DNA of 64,000 nucleotides from Candidatus Micrarchaeia archaeon (lineage in GTDB: Archaea > Micrarchaeota > Micrarchaeia > Anstonellales > J096). Under the pieces are notes generated by a model. That model did not search any database. It was not told the DNA's origin and saw only the letters and a program-made list of their open reading frames with translations. Of the stretch, positions 27,372 through 37,835 are shown in pieces (the first letter of the stretch is position 1; each line of letters starts with the position of its first letter). Where the stretch lies: the NCBI GenBank assembly GCA_041500405.1, contig JBGQMB010000001.1, positions 9,490 through 73,489 on the forward strand. The letters are read 5' to 3'. The position numbers were made by a program, and so were the translations under genes.

Positions 27372-28103
27372 ATGATTTACGTTGTTGATATAGACGGGAC
27401 CATTTTCATAGAGGGCGTCGGGGCGATTGACGGCGCCGTTGAATTTGTTGAAAAATTAAAGAAAAAGGGCCCGGTCTACATAATGACCAACAACTCCACC
27501 CAGTCGTCCATCCAAATAGCAGAGAAAGTATATCCGGTCAAGGTTGATGCGGCGCATATACTTTCAACGCTCCCGATGGTGGAATATGTCATAAAAAGGG
27601 ACAATATCAAAAGCGCATTCTATATAGGCAACTTCGTGCTTGAGCAGTTCATACTCAACTCGGGGTCAAGGATAAGCGACAAGGAGGCGGATGCGGTCTT
27701 TATAGGCTACACCAAGAACCCGAAATTCGCGAACATAACAAAGGCGGCAAGGCTTTTGAGAAAAGGCGCGAGGCTCTATGCGCTCGGCATCGACTCTTTT
27801 TACCCAATATTCGGCAGGCCGACGCCTGGCGTGGGCTACCTTGTGGGCTCGTTCGAGTACCTTTCAGGGCAAAAGCCGACGCTGCTCGGAAAGCCGGGCA
27901 CAACAATGCTGGACTTCATAGTCCACAAGGAAAAGGCGAAAAAGGAGGACATCATTGTCATTGGCGACAATCCGGAAACTGACATGAGAATGGCAAACGC
28001 CTACGGATGCAGGGGCATATTGGTTGGAAAAAGGGAGGACAAGCGCGCGACCTGGTGCGTAAGGGACCTGAAATCTGCCATGCAGATAATAGAGAAACTA
28101 TGA
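27372..28103 (+). CDS. HAD-superfamily IIA hydrolase (NagD-like)
   Basis: DIDGT, TNNS, GKP, IGDNPETD. Confidence 0.9.
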   Translation: MIYVVDIDGTIFIEGVGAIDGAVEFVEKLKKKGPVYIMTNNSTQSSIQIAEKVYPVKVDAAHILSTLPMVEYVIKRDNIKSAFYIGNFVLEQFILNSGSRISDKEADAVFIGYTKNPKFANITKAARLLRKGARLYALGIDSFYPIFGRPTPGVGYLVGSFEYLSGQKPTLLGKPGTTMLDFIVHKEKAKKEDIIVIGDNPETDMRMANAYGCRGILVGKREDKRATWCVRDLKSAMQIIEKL

Positions 28104-29180
28104 CTTGTCGAACGCTTCCATTATCTTTTCCGCGCTTCCTTTGTATTTTATCCCGCGCCTGTCAAAATGGGCCTTTGTCGCGCTTCCGCCCATCTTTTTG
28201 AAGCTGTTTATGACATCTTCTGTCTTCGGCGGGCTCATTTTCCTGTATTTTGACGCGTCTGAAAGCGAAAGGAAGAATGGCGGATAGCCCAGTTCGCCCT
28301 TTATCAATTCCAGCATGCGCTTTGCCTCCCCGTCCGCGTTCTTCAGCGCTTTTTTGGCTATGTTCCTGTCCGCAAGGTCTCCCGTCCACAGCGGGCCGGC
28401 ATAATCGTAATATTTTTTTTCGATTATCGGCTTTTTTGACGTTTTCACAAAAACGGAATCCTTGTCAAGCGCAAAAACATACCCGAGATTTTCCAGGTTC
28501 GCGTCGCAATGCTCCGCCCCGCGCCTCAATCTCAGGATTATCTTCATCTGGTGCCTGTAATAGAAGCACAGCAGCGGCTCTATCCCGAAATTAAACTCAT
28601 GCGCGCTTTCCATAACCCTTTTGACCAATATCCTCAACCCTGTTTCGTGGCAGAACTCGTTGAGCATGGGCTTTGAATGGTAATTTTTTATGCACGGTTT
28701 TGGGTGAGTCCCGCAGAGCACCGCGGTGTCGGTCGCGGTTGCGGAAATGTACGCAACCTTTTCCCTGCGCATCGCCCTTATTGCGGAATGCAGTGACGGA
28801 ACCGGGCTTCCGAATGGGTCAAGGTCTATGAAATTGTATTTTCCGTATCCGTCATTCAGCATGTATCTTATCGCATCAGACTTAATCACGTTTCCATTTA
28901 TTTTGTGCTTCTTCAGGTTTTTCTTCAACGATTTCACCGCGTTTGGCTCGGCGTCAACAAAGTCAACGCTTTCAACGTTTTTGCATTCAAGCGCATAGCG
29001 CATGCCCCTTATGCCTGATGCGGCGAACGCGTCAAGCACCCTGAGCTTGTCATCTATCTCATTGATTGCAAGCGAGGAAAGGGTCCTGCTGAGCTCCATG
29101 AAGGGGTTGTAGAACACGTTTTTTCCAATATGGAAAATAAGCCCGTTTTCTGTTATTGCCTTTGCGCCCTGGGATGCCAC
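28098..29180 (-). CDS. trm1: tRNA (guanine26-N2)-dimethyltransferase
   Basis: VFYNP, ASGIRGMRY, IDLDPFGSP, TATDTAVLCG, GPLWTG. Confidence 0.95.
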   Translation of the reverse strand: MASQGAKAITENGLIFHIGKNVFYNPFMELSRTLSSLAINEIDDKLRVLDAFAASGIRGMRYALECKNVESVDFVDAEPNAVKSLKKNLKKHKINGNVIKSDAIRYMLNDGYGKYNFIDLDPFGSPVPSLHSAIRAMRREKVAYISATATDTAVLCGTHPKPCIKNYHSKPMLNEFCHETGLRILVKRVMESAHEFNFGIEPLLCFYYRHQMKIILRLRRGAEHCDANLENLGYVFALDKDSVFVKTSKKPIIEKKYYDYAGPLWTGDLADRNIAKKALKNADGEAKRMLELIKGELGYPPFFLSLSDASKYRKMSPPKTEDVINSFKKMGGSATKAHFDRRGIKYKGSAEKIMEAFDKS

Positions 29181-29851
29181 TATTCAAGCGCCCCAAGAAT
29201 CCTTGTGAGCAGCATGTCTGGCGCAAGCGTCCCATCAAAGCCGTCAACAGGCTTTCCGTTCGCAATGACAACAGTCCTCGGGACGTGCCTTACGCCGTTC
29301 TTGTCCGCCCATTCGCTGAACTCCACGGCCTCAACTCCGCATCCCATGACGTTCTTGTTCAGTATCGCCATGGCGTGCGCGAGCCTCACAGCTCCGGGGC
29401 AATACGGGCACTGCGGGGTCACGAAAACATCCAGCCTAAGCGGAACATTTATGGACGCAATCTTCTTTTTCAGGTCTTCCGGGAATTCTACGGTTTCCCC
29501 TTTCGAGACTTCCACTATGGTTGCAAGGAAACCGCCGAATTCATGGCCGGACGGTATGCCGTAAAACCTGACCTTTCCCTTGTTCTTGCCATCAAAAATT
29601 ACCAGCGGCGCGCGGTCTGCGCCGTATTTTTCCGCGGCGGCCTTGTCGCTTATCAGGTGCTTTTCAACCTCTATCTTGTCGCCAGCGCCCTTTATCTCGT
29701 CAAGCAGCATGGCTATGTCATTGCAGTATGTGCAGTTGTCCCCGCTGTCAAAATAGACAAGCTTTATCCTGTTTTCCATCCCCCTGAGGAAGTTCTTTAC
29801 CTCGTTCTTCGTGTTTTCGTCAAGCAGCGGCATAGCGGCACCCATTTCCAA
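29180..29851 (-). CDS. Protein disulfide oxidoreductase (double thioredoxin fold)
   Basis: CTYC and CPYC; FYGIPSGHEF. Confidence 0.92.
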   Translation of the reverse strand: MEMGAAMPLLDENTKNEVKNFLRGMENRIKLVYFDSGDNCTYCNDIAMLLDEIKGAGDKIEVEKHLISDKAAAEKYGADRAPLVIFDGKNKGKVRFYGIPSGHEFGGFLATIVEVSKGETVEFPEDLKKKIASINVPLRLDVFVTPQCPYCPGAVRLAHAMAILNKNVMGCGVEAVEFSEWADKNGVRHVPRTVVIANGKPVDGFDGTLAPDMLLTRILGALE

Positions 29852-29974
29852 AATATAAAGAACTCTTGCGAACAGAGTGTTTAAATAATTTCCGAACGCC
29901 CGCGCCGCGTCCCGGAATGTTTGCGCACCCTTTAAAATCTTAACGCTGCTTATTCCACCTGCTAAGGTGCATTG

Positions 29975-30382
29975 ATGGAAAATTACGAGAAGCTTCTTGA
30001 CAACGTCTATGGAAAGCTCAACTCCGAAAAGGCAAAACCCGGGGAAAGGTTCGAGATGCCGCCCCTTGACGTTCTCAATGAGGGAAAGAACAAGACTATC
30101 GTTAAAAACTTCAAAAGGATATGCGACGCCGTAAGGAGGGACCCGGCGATGCTGTCCAGGTACATTTCAAGGGAGGTCGGCGCGCCCGTCGATTTGGACG
30201 GCGAACGGCTCATCATACACAGGAGGGTGATGGGCATGGTCCTGCAGAAGAGGCTTGACTTCTTCGTTAAGGAATACGTGATATGCCAGCAGTGCGGAAA
30301 GCCCGACACCAACCTCGCGACAATAGAAAGGACAAAGATGCTCGTTTGCGAAAGCTGCGGGGCAAGAAGGCCGGTGAAATAA
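29975..30382 (+). CDS. eif2b: Translation initiation factor aIF-2 beta
   Basis: ERFEMP, TIVKNF, YVICQQCGKPDT...CESCGA zinc ribbon. Confidence 0.95.
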   Translation: MENYEKLLDNVYGKLNSEKAKPGERFEMPPLDVLNEGKNKTIVKNFKRICDAVRRDPAMLSRYISREVGAPVDLDGERLIIHRRVMGMVLQKRLDFFVKEYVICQQCGKPDTNLATIERTKMLVCESCGARRPVK

Positions 30383-30723
30383 TGGGAAGGAAAGAAAGGG
30401 AAAAGCAAGCGGCGGCAATGAAGAACACTGTCTTCAGGGTAAGGATGCCAAGGAAAGAGGACGAGGAGATGTTCGGCATTGTCGTTTCAACGCTCGGCGG
30501 GGCAAGGATGCTCGTTGTCTGCGAGGACGGCAAGGAAAGGATTTGCAGGATACCCGGCAAGATAAAGAACAGGGTCTGGGTCAAGGAAGGGGACTATGTC
30601 GTGATCCAGCTTTGGGACGCGGAGAAGGACAGGAAAGCGGACATTGTCTGGAGATACAGGGACAACGAGTCCAAGTTCCTGAAGTCAAGGGGATTCCTGG
30701 ACTTCCTCGGAGCCTCCCAGTAG
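30382..30723 (+). CDS. eif1a: Translation initiation factor aIF-1A
   Basis: LGGARMLVVCEDGKERICRIPGK, WVKEGD, DIVWRY. Confidence 0.95.
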   Translation: MGRKEREKQAAAMKNTVFRVRMPRKEDEEMFGIVVSTLGGARMLVVCEDGKERICRIPGKIKNRVWVKEGDYVVIQLWDAEKDRKADIVWRYRDNESKFLKSRGFLDFLGASQ

Positions 30724-30768
30724 GGCCTTTCCAAAATTCTTATAAACAGTTGGGATGCATATCAGCGC

Positions 30769-31269
30769 ATGCAAAGCTTTGACATAATTGCGCTTTTCCT
30801 GCTGCTGGTGCTGCCGGCATACATAGCAAATGCCATTCCCGTCGTTCTTGGGGGCGGAAAGTCCTTTGACGAGCTGCTGAAAGCCAGGCTATTTGGCAAG
30901 AACAAGACCATCAGGGGATTTGTTTCAGGCCTTGTTTTCGGGACATTGGCGGCATTCGCGGTTGCGATGGCGCTTCCGGCCTCCATGGTGGCGCCGTACA
31001 TCGCATTTGGTTTTCTTTCCTCGCTTGGAACAATGGCAGGGGACCTGCTTGGCAGCTTCATAAAAAGGAAATCCAAAATCGAGGAGGGCAAGCCGTTCTT
31101 CCTTGACCAGGTGCTTTTCATAATACTGGCCATGGCCTTTGGCTATCCGGTGCTGGGAAGCTATTACACGATTGAGCTGATGGCCGCAATCCTCATCCTG
31201 ACATATGTTTTCCATGTGCTTTTCAACATAATAGCCAACAGGCTCGGAATCAAGAAAGTTCCTTGGTAG
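30769..31269 (+). CDS. carS: CDP-archaeol synthase
   Basis: PAYIANAIP, FGKNKTIRG, GDLLGSFIKRK, LDQ, IKKVPW. Confidence 0.93.
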   Translation: MQSFDIIALFLLLVLPAYIANAIPVVLGGGKSFDELLKARLFGKNKTIRGFVSGLVFGTLAAFAVAMALPASMVAPYIAFGFLSSLGTMAGDLLGSFIKRKSKIEEGKPFFLDQVLFIILAMAFGYPVLGSYYTIELMAAILILTYVFHVLFNIIANRLGIKKVPW

Positions 31270-31270
31270 T

Positions 31271-32476
31271 TCAGCGCATTGCATCTATCGCGTTTATGGA
31301 CGCGGCGCTCCTTGCAGGGAGTATTCCGGCAACAACGCCGACAAGCACGCCCATGGCAATAGCTATTATGACGACAAAAGAATCGACCTCAAAAGGGATG
31401 CCATAGACTGCCTTCACAGTATATCCAACGGCCGTTCCGAATAGTGCGCCAAGCGCGGCGCCGGTCATGGACAGCGTGACAGATTCCAGCAGGAATATGC
31501 CGATGATGTCCTTCCTTTTTGCGCCAAGCGCCTTCATTATGCCTATCTCCTTTCTTCTCCTGAAAACGGACGTGAACATGGTGTTGCCTATTCCGACTGC
31601 GCTTACAAGGCTGGCTATGAGGCCGACTGCGGTAGCCCCGATGTACAGTATATTGAGCGACTGGTTGGCCATGTCTATTATGAACTTGGTCGTTATCACG
31701 CTGAAGCCGGCGTTGTCCAGGCTCACGCCCATCCTCCTTGCCAGCAGAGTCTCTATCTGGCTTTTCGTGTCGTCAATGTTGCATCCCTCGCCCACCTTAA
31801 GGATGGCCGCGTCCCTCTTGCCCTGCTTGTCGAACAGCGTTTCTGCCTCGCGTACCGGTATGTATATCTGTTCGTCGTCCGTCTGGCTGTAGGATGTCCC
31901 GACCTTGGTGAGCGTTCCGACCACCCTGAACGTCCTGTTGCCTATCATTATCGACTTGCCGGGCAGGATTTCCTCGCTGAAAATGGTGTTTGCGACCGCA
32001 TATGCCAGGACCGCGGACGTGGTTTCCGTGTCCTTGAACACCCTTCCCTTTGCGACCTGCTGGTAATCGGGGTACATCGTGAAATAATTGTCAGAAAGCC
32101 CCATCACCAGTATGCTGGCCTCCTCGTCCCCGTAATAGATGTTCTGCTTTTTGTATACCATCTCGCATACGCTCTCCACGCAAGTTAGCCCCTTTATTGC
32201 GGTTATGTCAGCGTTGCTGAATTCCGTTATGGCGCTGAATGCCCCCCCAACGCCGCTGCCCACCATCTTGTTCATGTTGAACGGCATCACTATTATCTGG
32301 TCGGTGCCGATTTGCATTATCAGGGACTGGACATCCATTATTATCCCCCTGCCGACCCCGAGGATTATGACAGCGGTGAAAAGGCCCAAGAATATGCCTA
32401 TCAGCGTGAGCATGCTCCTGAGGCTGTCTCTTCTGAGCGCATCCACCACAAAGCCCAGCATATGGCCCAATCTCAT
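31271..32476 (-). CDS. ABC transporter permease (MacB/FtsX family)
   Basis: RSMLTLIGI; GIGNTMFTSVFRRRKEIGIMKALGA. Confidence 0.92.
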   Translation of the reverse strand: MRLGHMLGFVVDALRRDSLRSMLTLIGIFLGLFTAVIILGVGRGIIMDVQSLIMQIGTDQIIVMPFNMNKMVGSGVGGAFSAITEFSNADITAIKGLTCVESVCEMVYKKQNIYYGDEEASILVMGLSDNYFTMYPDYQQVAKGRVFKDTETTSAVLAYAVANTIFSEEILPGKSIMIGNRTFRVVGTLTKVGTSYSQTDDEQIYIPVREAETLFDKQGKRDAAILKVGEGCNIDDTKSQIETLLARRMGVSLDNAGFSVITTKFIIDMANQSLNILYIGATAVGLIASLVSAVGIGNTMFTSVFRRRKEIGIMKALGAKRKDIIGIFLLESVTLSMTGAALGALFGTAVGYTVKAVYGIPFEVDSFVVIIAIAMGVLVGVVAGILPARSAASINAIDAMR

Positions 32477-32477
32477 G

Positions 32478-33683
32478 CTACTCGTACCTCAGGGCCTCTG
32501 CGGCGTTTATGCCTGACGCTATCTTCGCGGGAACGTATGACGCAACGCCTGAGCCGATTGTTATGAACACGATTGCCAGCCCCGTCTGCAAATATTCTAT
32601 TGAAAATGGCACCCAGGGGGCTATCAGGGTTCCCAACCCAATCCCCACAGCCGCGCCAACCACAGACCCGATGAAGCCAAGGCCCGCGCCCTCAAGAAGG
32701 TATATCGCCAGTATCTCTGACCTTTTTGCGCCTATGGACTTCATTATGGCTATCTCCTTTGTCCTGTCGATGACGTTCATGTACATCGTGTTTCCAACGC
32801 CGACAAGGCCGATTATCACGGATATTGAGGCGACCGCAATGAAGAATAGGTTAAGGGTTCCCAGTATCTTGTCCATCTGGCTGTTTATGAACGCCGGGGT
32901 TATCACAGTGAACCATTTGTCGTCCTCGCTGGTTATTTTTTTGTAGAACATCAGCGTTCTCTCTATCTCTGCTCCAACGGAGTTGGAGTCGTATCCGGGG
33001 CTTGTCTTCACCACAATGGCGCCTATCTGGTCGCTTCCGTACGTGCTGTTGTAGAACTCCCTGCCCGTTTCGTACGGTATGTAAACAAGGTTGTCCAGGT
33101 TTGCGGCCGGATTGCCGGTCTCGTTGAGTATCCCGACCAGCGTGAACGTCCTGTTGTTGAGCACGATTTTCTTTCCGATGTTTATTTTCCCGCCAAGGTT
33201 TTCGTTGACGTTGCTCCCAAAGACCATCTCAAACCTGCCCGTGCTGAGCCACCTGCCCTCATTCACTATTATTCCAGTTAAAATTTCATCGGCATCCTCC
33301 GAAATCGCATAAACAGAGACCTCGAATTCCTTGTCTTTGTATTCCATCTTTGAGGTCCCGCTCAGCACCGGGATGGCCTTCTTCACGCCCTCCACCATCA
33401 GGATTTTCTTTATGTCGCTTTCCGTGAACCTGTCGGTCTGCACGCTGAACTGCGTCGCTGAAATAGACGCTATGCTCTGGGTGCTGATTGGTATTATAGT
33501 AATGACGTCTGTTCCAATGAACTTCAGCTTTGACATGACGCTCTCCTCTGTTCCCTTGGAGATGCCTGTCAGAAGCGCCACGCTGAACACGCCTATCACT
33601 ATCGCCGTAAGCGTGAGCAGCGTCCTTATGTTGGAGTAGCCCATCGACTTCAGGGCGAACTTCCCTATTGACTCGCGCTTCAT
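32478..33683 (-). CDS. ABC transporter permease (MacB/FtsX family)
   Basis: RTLLTLTAIVIG; NTMYMNVIDRTKEIAIMKSIGA; ALRYE. Confidence 0.92.
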   Translation of the reverse strand: MKRESIGKFALKSMGYSNIRTLLTLTAIVIGVFSVALLTGISKGTEESVMSKLKFIGTDVITIIPISTQSIASISATQFSVQTDRFTESDIKKILMVEGVKKAIPVLSGTSKMEYKDKEFEVSVYAISEDADEILTGIIVNEGRWLSTGRFEMVFGSNVNENLGGKINIGKKIVLNNRTFTLVGILNETGNPAANLDNLVYIPYETGREFYNSTYGSDQIGAIVVKTSPGYDSNSVGAEIERTLMFYKKITSEDDKWFTVITPAFINSQMDKILGTLNLFFIAVASISVIIGLVGVGNTMYMNVIDRTKEIAIMKSIGAKRSEILAIYLLEGAGLGFIGSVVGAAVGIGLGTLIAPWVPFSIEYLQTGLAIVFITIGSGVASYVPAKIASGINAAEALRYE

Positions 33684-35137
33684 TTCTTCGCTTCCTTCCT
33701 TTTCCTGAACAGCAGGTATGCGGCAACCGCAACAACGGCTATGCCGATTATCATCAGCATGCCGCCGTCGCCCGATCTCTCCGCCGCCTTTATGTTTATT
33801 GGCACTTCTGTTGTCTTCACATGCTCAACGCCGGACGGGTCCTTGAAGCTGACCGTTATTTCCACGGAGCTGTTTGCCGGCGGGCTGCCCGCTACCCTTA
33901 TCTTGAATTGCTGGCTGCTGAAGTCGTCGTTGTTTATTGAGCCTATGAATTTTCTCTTCTCAACGTCCAGGACGTCGAAGCTGTTGGAGTCTATGCTGAC
34001 CGAGACGCCGTCCATCTCATAGCTGGCCTTGTTTGCCACAACCACGGAAAGCGTATGCTCGCCCCCCGCGGTAAGCGGGCTTGGGTTCGCCTCCATGTAA
34101 ATTTCTATGGGGTCGTCAGACCCGACGGATATCGGCACCCCGATGGTGTCGCTCTTTTCCTGGCCGTTTTCCTTCCAGCGCACGGTGAAGTTGACAACGT
34201 TCACTCCGGGATCAAGCGAGGTGTATGTCATTTCCGAGAATGATTCCTTCTGCCCGCTTGCCATGTCCCCGGCCTCTATCTCGCTGCTCTTCGTCAGGGT
34301 TATGCTGGAGCCTGGCGTTATCCTGATGTCCTGCGCCGCTTCTCCCTTGTTCTCGACAGTGAATGCCAGGGCGCCGCTCTTCCTGTTTGTTATTGTTCCT
34401 GTCTGGCTTATGACGAACCTGCCAGCCTCCTTGGAGATGCTCATCGGTATATAGACGGTTTCGGAATATCTACCGCCAAGCGTGTCCGAATAGCTGAGGT
34501 TGAACGCTATGTTGCCGGTCCCCTCATTCAGGCCGGATGAATCGTATTCCGCATTCACTGTTGTGCAGTTGCTCACGCTGCTGATGTATATCCTTCCGCC
34601 GTTAAGGTAAAGCTGCGACGAAATTTCAATGTTCTTCGGGCTTCCCTTCTTGGCGCAGACCGTCAATCCGATCGTGCCGCTCTTGCCTATGCTTTTCGGG
34701 CTCGCCTCAAGCGTAATTACCGGCTTCGAGACGACCTTGACTATAACGGCCGCGACCCCGCTGTCAATCTTGTCGCTCTTTGTCCCGCTCTCGTCGATCT
34801 TGGCAACGCCGGACACCGTTGCCGGCACAGTGTAAATGCCCTCCTGCGTGTTCGCCCCTATCGTAATGGGCACGGTCAGTATGGTGCTTCCGCCGCTTAT
34901 GGTGCCAAGGTTCTGGTAATAGTCCGTGAAAGACGAATACGACGTTATAGTGACAGCGCTGAACCCTGAAAGCGTCTCGCCGGACGCTAGGTTCGTCGTC
35001 ATCGCAACGTTCAATGTCGCATATCCAGAGTCCCCGGGCTCATAGCTGGCCTTGTCAGTAGACCAGGACGTTATCGTTATCCCAAACGACGCCACCATGA
35101 GCGCCGCCAACACAAACAACATGCAAAGTTTTTTCAT
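33680..35137 (-). CDS. Secreted, C-terminally anchored Ig-like/S-layer-domain protein (COG1361-like)
   Basis: Signal peptide, S/T/G-rich beta domains, C-terminal TM + basic tail; located in a MacB-type operon. Confidence 0.78.
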   Translation of the reverse strand: MKKLCMLFVLAALMVASFGITITSWSTDKASYEPGDSGYATLNVAMTTNLASGETLSGFSAVTITSYSSFTDYYQNLGTISGGSTILTVPITIGANTQEGIYTVPATVSGVAKIDESGTKSDKIDSGVAAVIVKVVSKPVITLEASPKSIGKSGTIGLTVCAKKGSPKNIEISSQLYLNGGRIYISSVSNCTTVNAEYDSSGLNEGTGNIAFNLSYSDTLGGRYSETVYIPMSISKEAGRFVISQTGTITNRKSGALAFTVENKGEAAQDIRITPGSSITLTKSSEIEAGDMASGQKESFSEMTYTSLDPGVNVVNFTVRWKENGQEKSDTIGVPISVGSDDPIEIYMEANPSPLTAGGEHTLSVVVANKASYEMDGVSVSIDSNSFDVLDVEKRKFIGSINNDDFSSQQFKIRVAGSPPANSSVEITVSFKDPSGVEHVKTTEVPINIKAAERSGDGGMLMIIGIAVVAVAAYLLFRKRKEAKK

Positions 35138-35823
35138 TTCTTTTCAACCTCTTTTTCTATTTTTCCATCCCTTAGGAATATAATCCTGTCGGCATGCGCC
35201 GTAAGGTCCGAGTCATGCGTGACTATCACGATTGTCTTTCCCTCGTCGTTGAGCTCCTGGAACAGCTCTATCACGTCCTCCCCGCTTTTGGAGTCCAGGT
35301 TTCCCGTAGGCTCGTCCGCAAGCAGGAAGGACGGCCTCATGCTAAGCGCCCTTGCTATCGCGACGCGCTGCTGCTGGCCCCCGCTGAGCTGGTTGGGCCT
35401 GTTCTGCAGCCTGTCGCCCATGCCGAGCCTTTTTAGCGTCTCTTCCGCAGTTTCCCTTGCCTCTTCGTCGTCAAAATCATAAATCTGCATCGGCAGCATG
35501 ACGTTCTCAACCGCGGTAAGCGACGGTATGAGGTTGAACGCCTGGAAAATGAACCCTATGTCCTTGCCCCTTTCCGCCGCGGCCTCGTCCTCAGTGAGCT
35601 TTGAGACATCCTTGTCGTTAAGGAACACCTTTCCCGTTGTCGGCGTGTCCAGCAGCCCCATCATGTGGAGCAAGGTTGACTTTCCGCTTCCGCTGGGCCC
35701 AAGTATTGTCAGCAATTCGCCTGGGTGCACCTCGAGGTCAATGTCCTTCAGCACGTGCGCCTTTATCACCGTGCTGTTGTATATCTTGTTGACATTCTCC
35801 AGCTTCATCGTGTGCTTGTGCAT
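35134..35823 (-). CDS. ABC transporter ATP-binding protein (LolD/MacB type)
   Basis: GPSGSGKST, LSGGQQQRVAIARAL, ADEPTGNLD. Confidence 0.96.
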   Translation of the reverse strand: MHKHTMKLENVNKIYNSTVIKAHVLKDIDLEVHPGELLTILGPSGSGKSTLLHMMGLLDTPTTGKVFLNDKDVSKLTEDEAAAERGKDIGFIFQAFNLIPSLTAVENVMLPMQIYDFDDEEARETAEETLKRLGMGDRLQNRPNQLSGGQQQRVAIARALSMRPSFLLADEPTGNLDSKSGEDVIELFQELNDEGKTIVIVTHDSDLTAHADRIIFLRDGKIEKEVEKK

Positions 35824-36164
35824 CCTGCCATCTCCCTCATGAACTGCCCCCTCATCCCGTGGCTCACGAATCCCTTAGCCGCGGACAGGCATTTTGCGCC
35901 CTTTGACGTTATTGTGTAGCAGACCTTCCTGCCTTTTTTGCCCCTTGATATGAGCCCCTCCTTTGACATTGAAGACAGGAGCGGATATATCCTTGACGCC
36001 TTTATGTATCCCATGCCCATCGCATTCAGGTCCTTCATTATTGCGTAGCCGTGGGCGGAGCCCCTGCCCATTATCCAGAGCACGACAATGGTGTGCTTCA
36101 TGCGCATGACTTTCCGCACGAAGCCTATGCCGAGCTTCCCGCCTTTGGGCATGCGTATATCCAT
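35805..36164 (-). CDS. PadR-family transcriptional regulator
   Basis: HGYAIM, IYPLL, EGLI, YTITSKG. Confidence 0.88.
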   Translation of the reverse strand: MDIRMPKGGKLGIGFVRKVMRMKHTIVVLWIMGRGSAHGYAIMKDLNAMGMGYIKASRIYPLLSSMSKEGLISRGKKGRKVCYTITSKGAKCLSAAKGFVSHGMRGQFMREMAGCTSTR

Positions 36165-36170
36165 AATTGG

Positions 36171-36192
36171 ATATATCTTGGATTTGATATAT
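36171..36192. promoter_or_regulatory. Candidate PadR operator ATATATC-N8-GATATAT
   Basis: Perfect 7-bp inverted repeat 6 nt upstream of the padR start, overlapping its TATA region. Confidence 0.6.
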
Positions 36193-36257
36193 AAACCTTT
36201 GCCTTTTTTTGCGTCGATAGCTTAAGGGTTATAAATCTATGATAGGATATCATTCCG

Positions 36258-36953
36258 ATGCCAATGGCGGAATCAAGGCCGTATGTGATAAGGTCCATAG
36301 ACAGGATAGGGGACATAAAGGTGTTCCGGCTTTTCCCTGAAGACGGAAAGCCGGTTGCGTTCCTGCCTGGCCAATTCGTTAGCCTCTTTAAGCTGGACGA
36401 AAGGACATTGACGCGCGCATATTCTGTCGCCTCTTCTCCAGACTCGCCCCTGATGGAGCTGGCAATCCAGATAATCGGCGGGAAGTTCACGTCATATCTT
36501 GACACCCTTAAGGCCAATGACAGAATAGGGCTGATGGGGCCTTTTGGCGCCAACGGCTATTCCGGGGAAACAAAGGCGGTCATGATAGCGGCGGGGGTCG
36601 GCATAACGCCCATGGCGTCCATATGCAGGCACATCGCCTCAAAAAAGATAAAGGGCGATTTCAGGCTTTACTATTTCTGCGGGAAGAGGGAGAACGCGGC
36701 GTTCCTTCCAGAGCTTATGTCATATTCCAAGTCCGGCATCATAAAGGGCGATTTCAGGTTCACCAAGGAACCGGTTCCGGGATTCAGCCAGGAAAGGGTT
36801 AATATCAACAAGGTAATCGAGAGCCTGGGTCCCTCGTTTGCGGAATACTCGTATTACCTCTGCGGGCCTGTTGCAATGGTTAAGTCGTTCAGCGACGCAA
36901 TCATCGCAAAGGGCGTTGACAGGAAAAAGATAAAGTCCGACGCGTTCGGCTAG
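36258..36953 (+). CDS. FAD/NAD(P)-binding oxidoreductase (ferredoxin-NADP reductase family)
   Basis: PGQF, RAYSVAS, GPFG, AGVGITP, YLCGP. Confidence 0.9.
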   Translation: MPMAESRPYVIRSIDRIGDIKVFRLFPEDGKPVAFLPGQFVSLFKLDERTLTRAYSVASSPDSPLMELAIQIIGGKFTSYLDTLKANDRIGLMGPFGANGYSGETKAVMIAAGVGITPMASICRHIASKKIKGDFRLYYFCGKRENAAFLPELMSYSKSGIIKGDFRFTKEPVPGFSQERVNINKVIESLGPSFAEYSYYLCGPVAMVKSFSDAIIAKGVDRKKIKSDAFG

Positions 36954-37038
36954 AGCGAGAAAATAAAGTAGGAAATATTGGCCCTGGGCTGCGATGGATT
37001 TTAAAACTGTTATAATACCACTTAATATGTGGTTTATA

Positions 37039-37827
37039 ATGGCACTCAGAACCAAAGAATCGGCAACAGGACCATGCACGGCGCCCTCGGGCATTTGCAA
37101 ATTCAAGAACGCAACTGAAATCGGAAAAAATGCATCCGCAACCAAGAGCATGCTTCATACAAAATTCGGCCTGGCAATATGGAGAAGGAATCTGGATTCT
37201 GCAACCAGGTGCATTGCGGACGGGGCCGACCCCAATGCGATGTTTGATGGCATTCCGGACGCAATCAACCAGGGCCTATGGACGATGTTCTCCTATGCAT
37301 GCCATCATGCGTTGTCTGAAAATGACGCCCATATAGTGAGGGCGATGCTTGAAAGGTGCAGGGGCGTGGGCATCAACGCAATCGACATCGAAGGCAAAAC
37401 CCCGTTGATGCTGGCATTGGAAAATTCCAACAAGGAGGTTGCCGGGCTGATACTGAAATACGATGTGGACGTCAGAATAAAGGACAATGAAGGCAAGACT
37501 GCCCTGGTTCACGCAATCAAGAACTGCAACGGCATTGGTATCATTGCCATGATTCTTGAAAAAGGCGCGGATGCCAATGCAACCGACAACTGCGGCAGGA
37601 CGCCGATGATGTGGGCTTCTGATTCGGAGTGCGCCGCGGCGCTTATTGCCAGCAGAGCAGAAATGAATGCAAGGGACGCCAACGGCAGGTCCGTGCTTGG
37701 CCATGCTATCGGAAGCCTCGAGTTCTGCAAGGCATGCCTCCATTCCGAACTTGAATATTACATCGAAATGGTGGAGAGTTATGGCAAACTGGTTGATTTC
37801 CTAAAAGGCGCAGGCGCAAGGGAATAA
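37039..37827 (+). CDS. Ankyrin repeat protein
   Basis: GKTPLMLA, GKTALVHA, GADANATDNCGRTPMMWA. Confidence 0.9.
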   Translation: MALRTKESATGPCTAPSGICKFKNATEIGKNASATKSMLHTKFGLAIWRRNLDSATRCIADGADPNAMFDGIPDAINQGLWTMFSYACHHALSENDAHIVRAMLERCRGVGINAIDIEGKTPLMLALENSNKEVAGLILKYDVDVRIKDNEGKTALVHAIKNCNGIGIIAMILEKGADANATDNCGRTPMMWASDSECAAALIASRAEMNARDANGRSVLGHAIGSLEFCKACLHSELEYYIEMVESYGKLVDFLKGAGARE

Positions 37828-37835
37828 TAGCGGCA

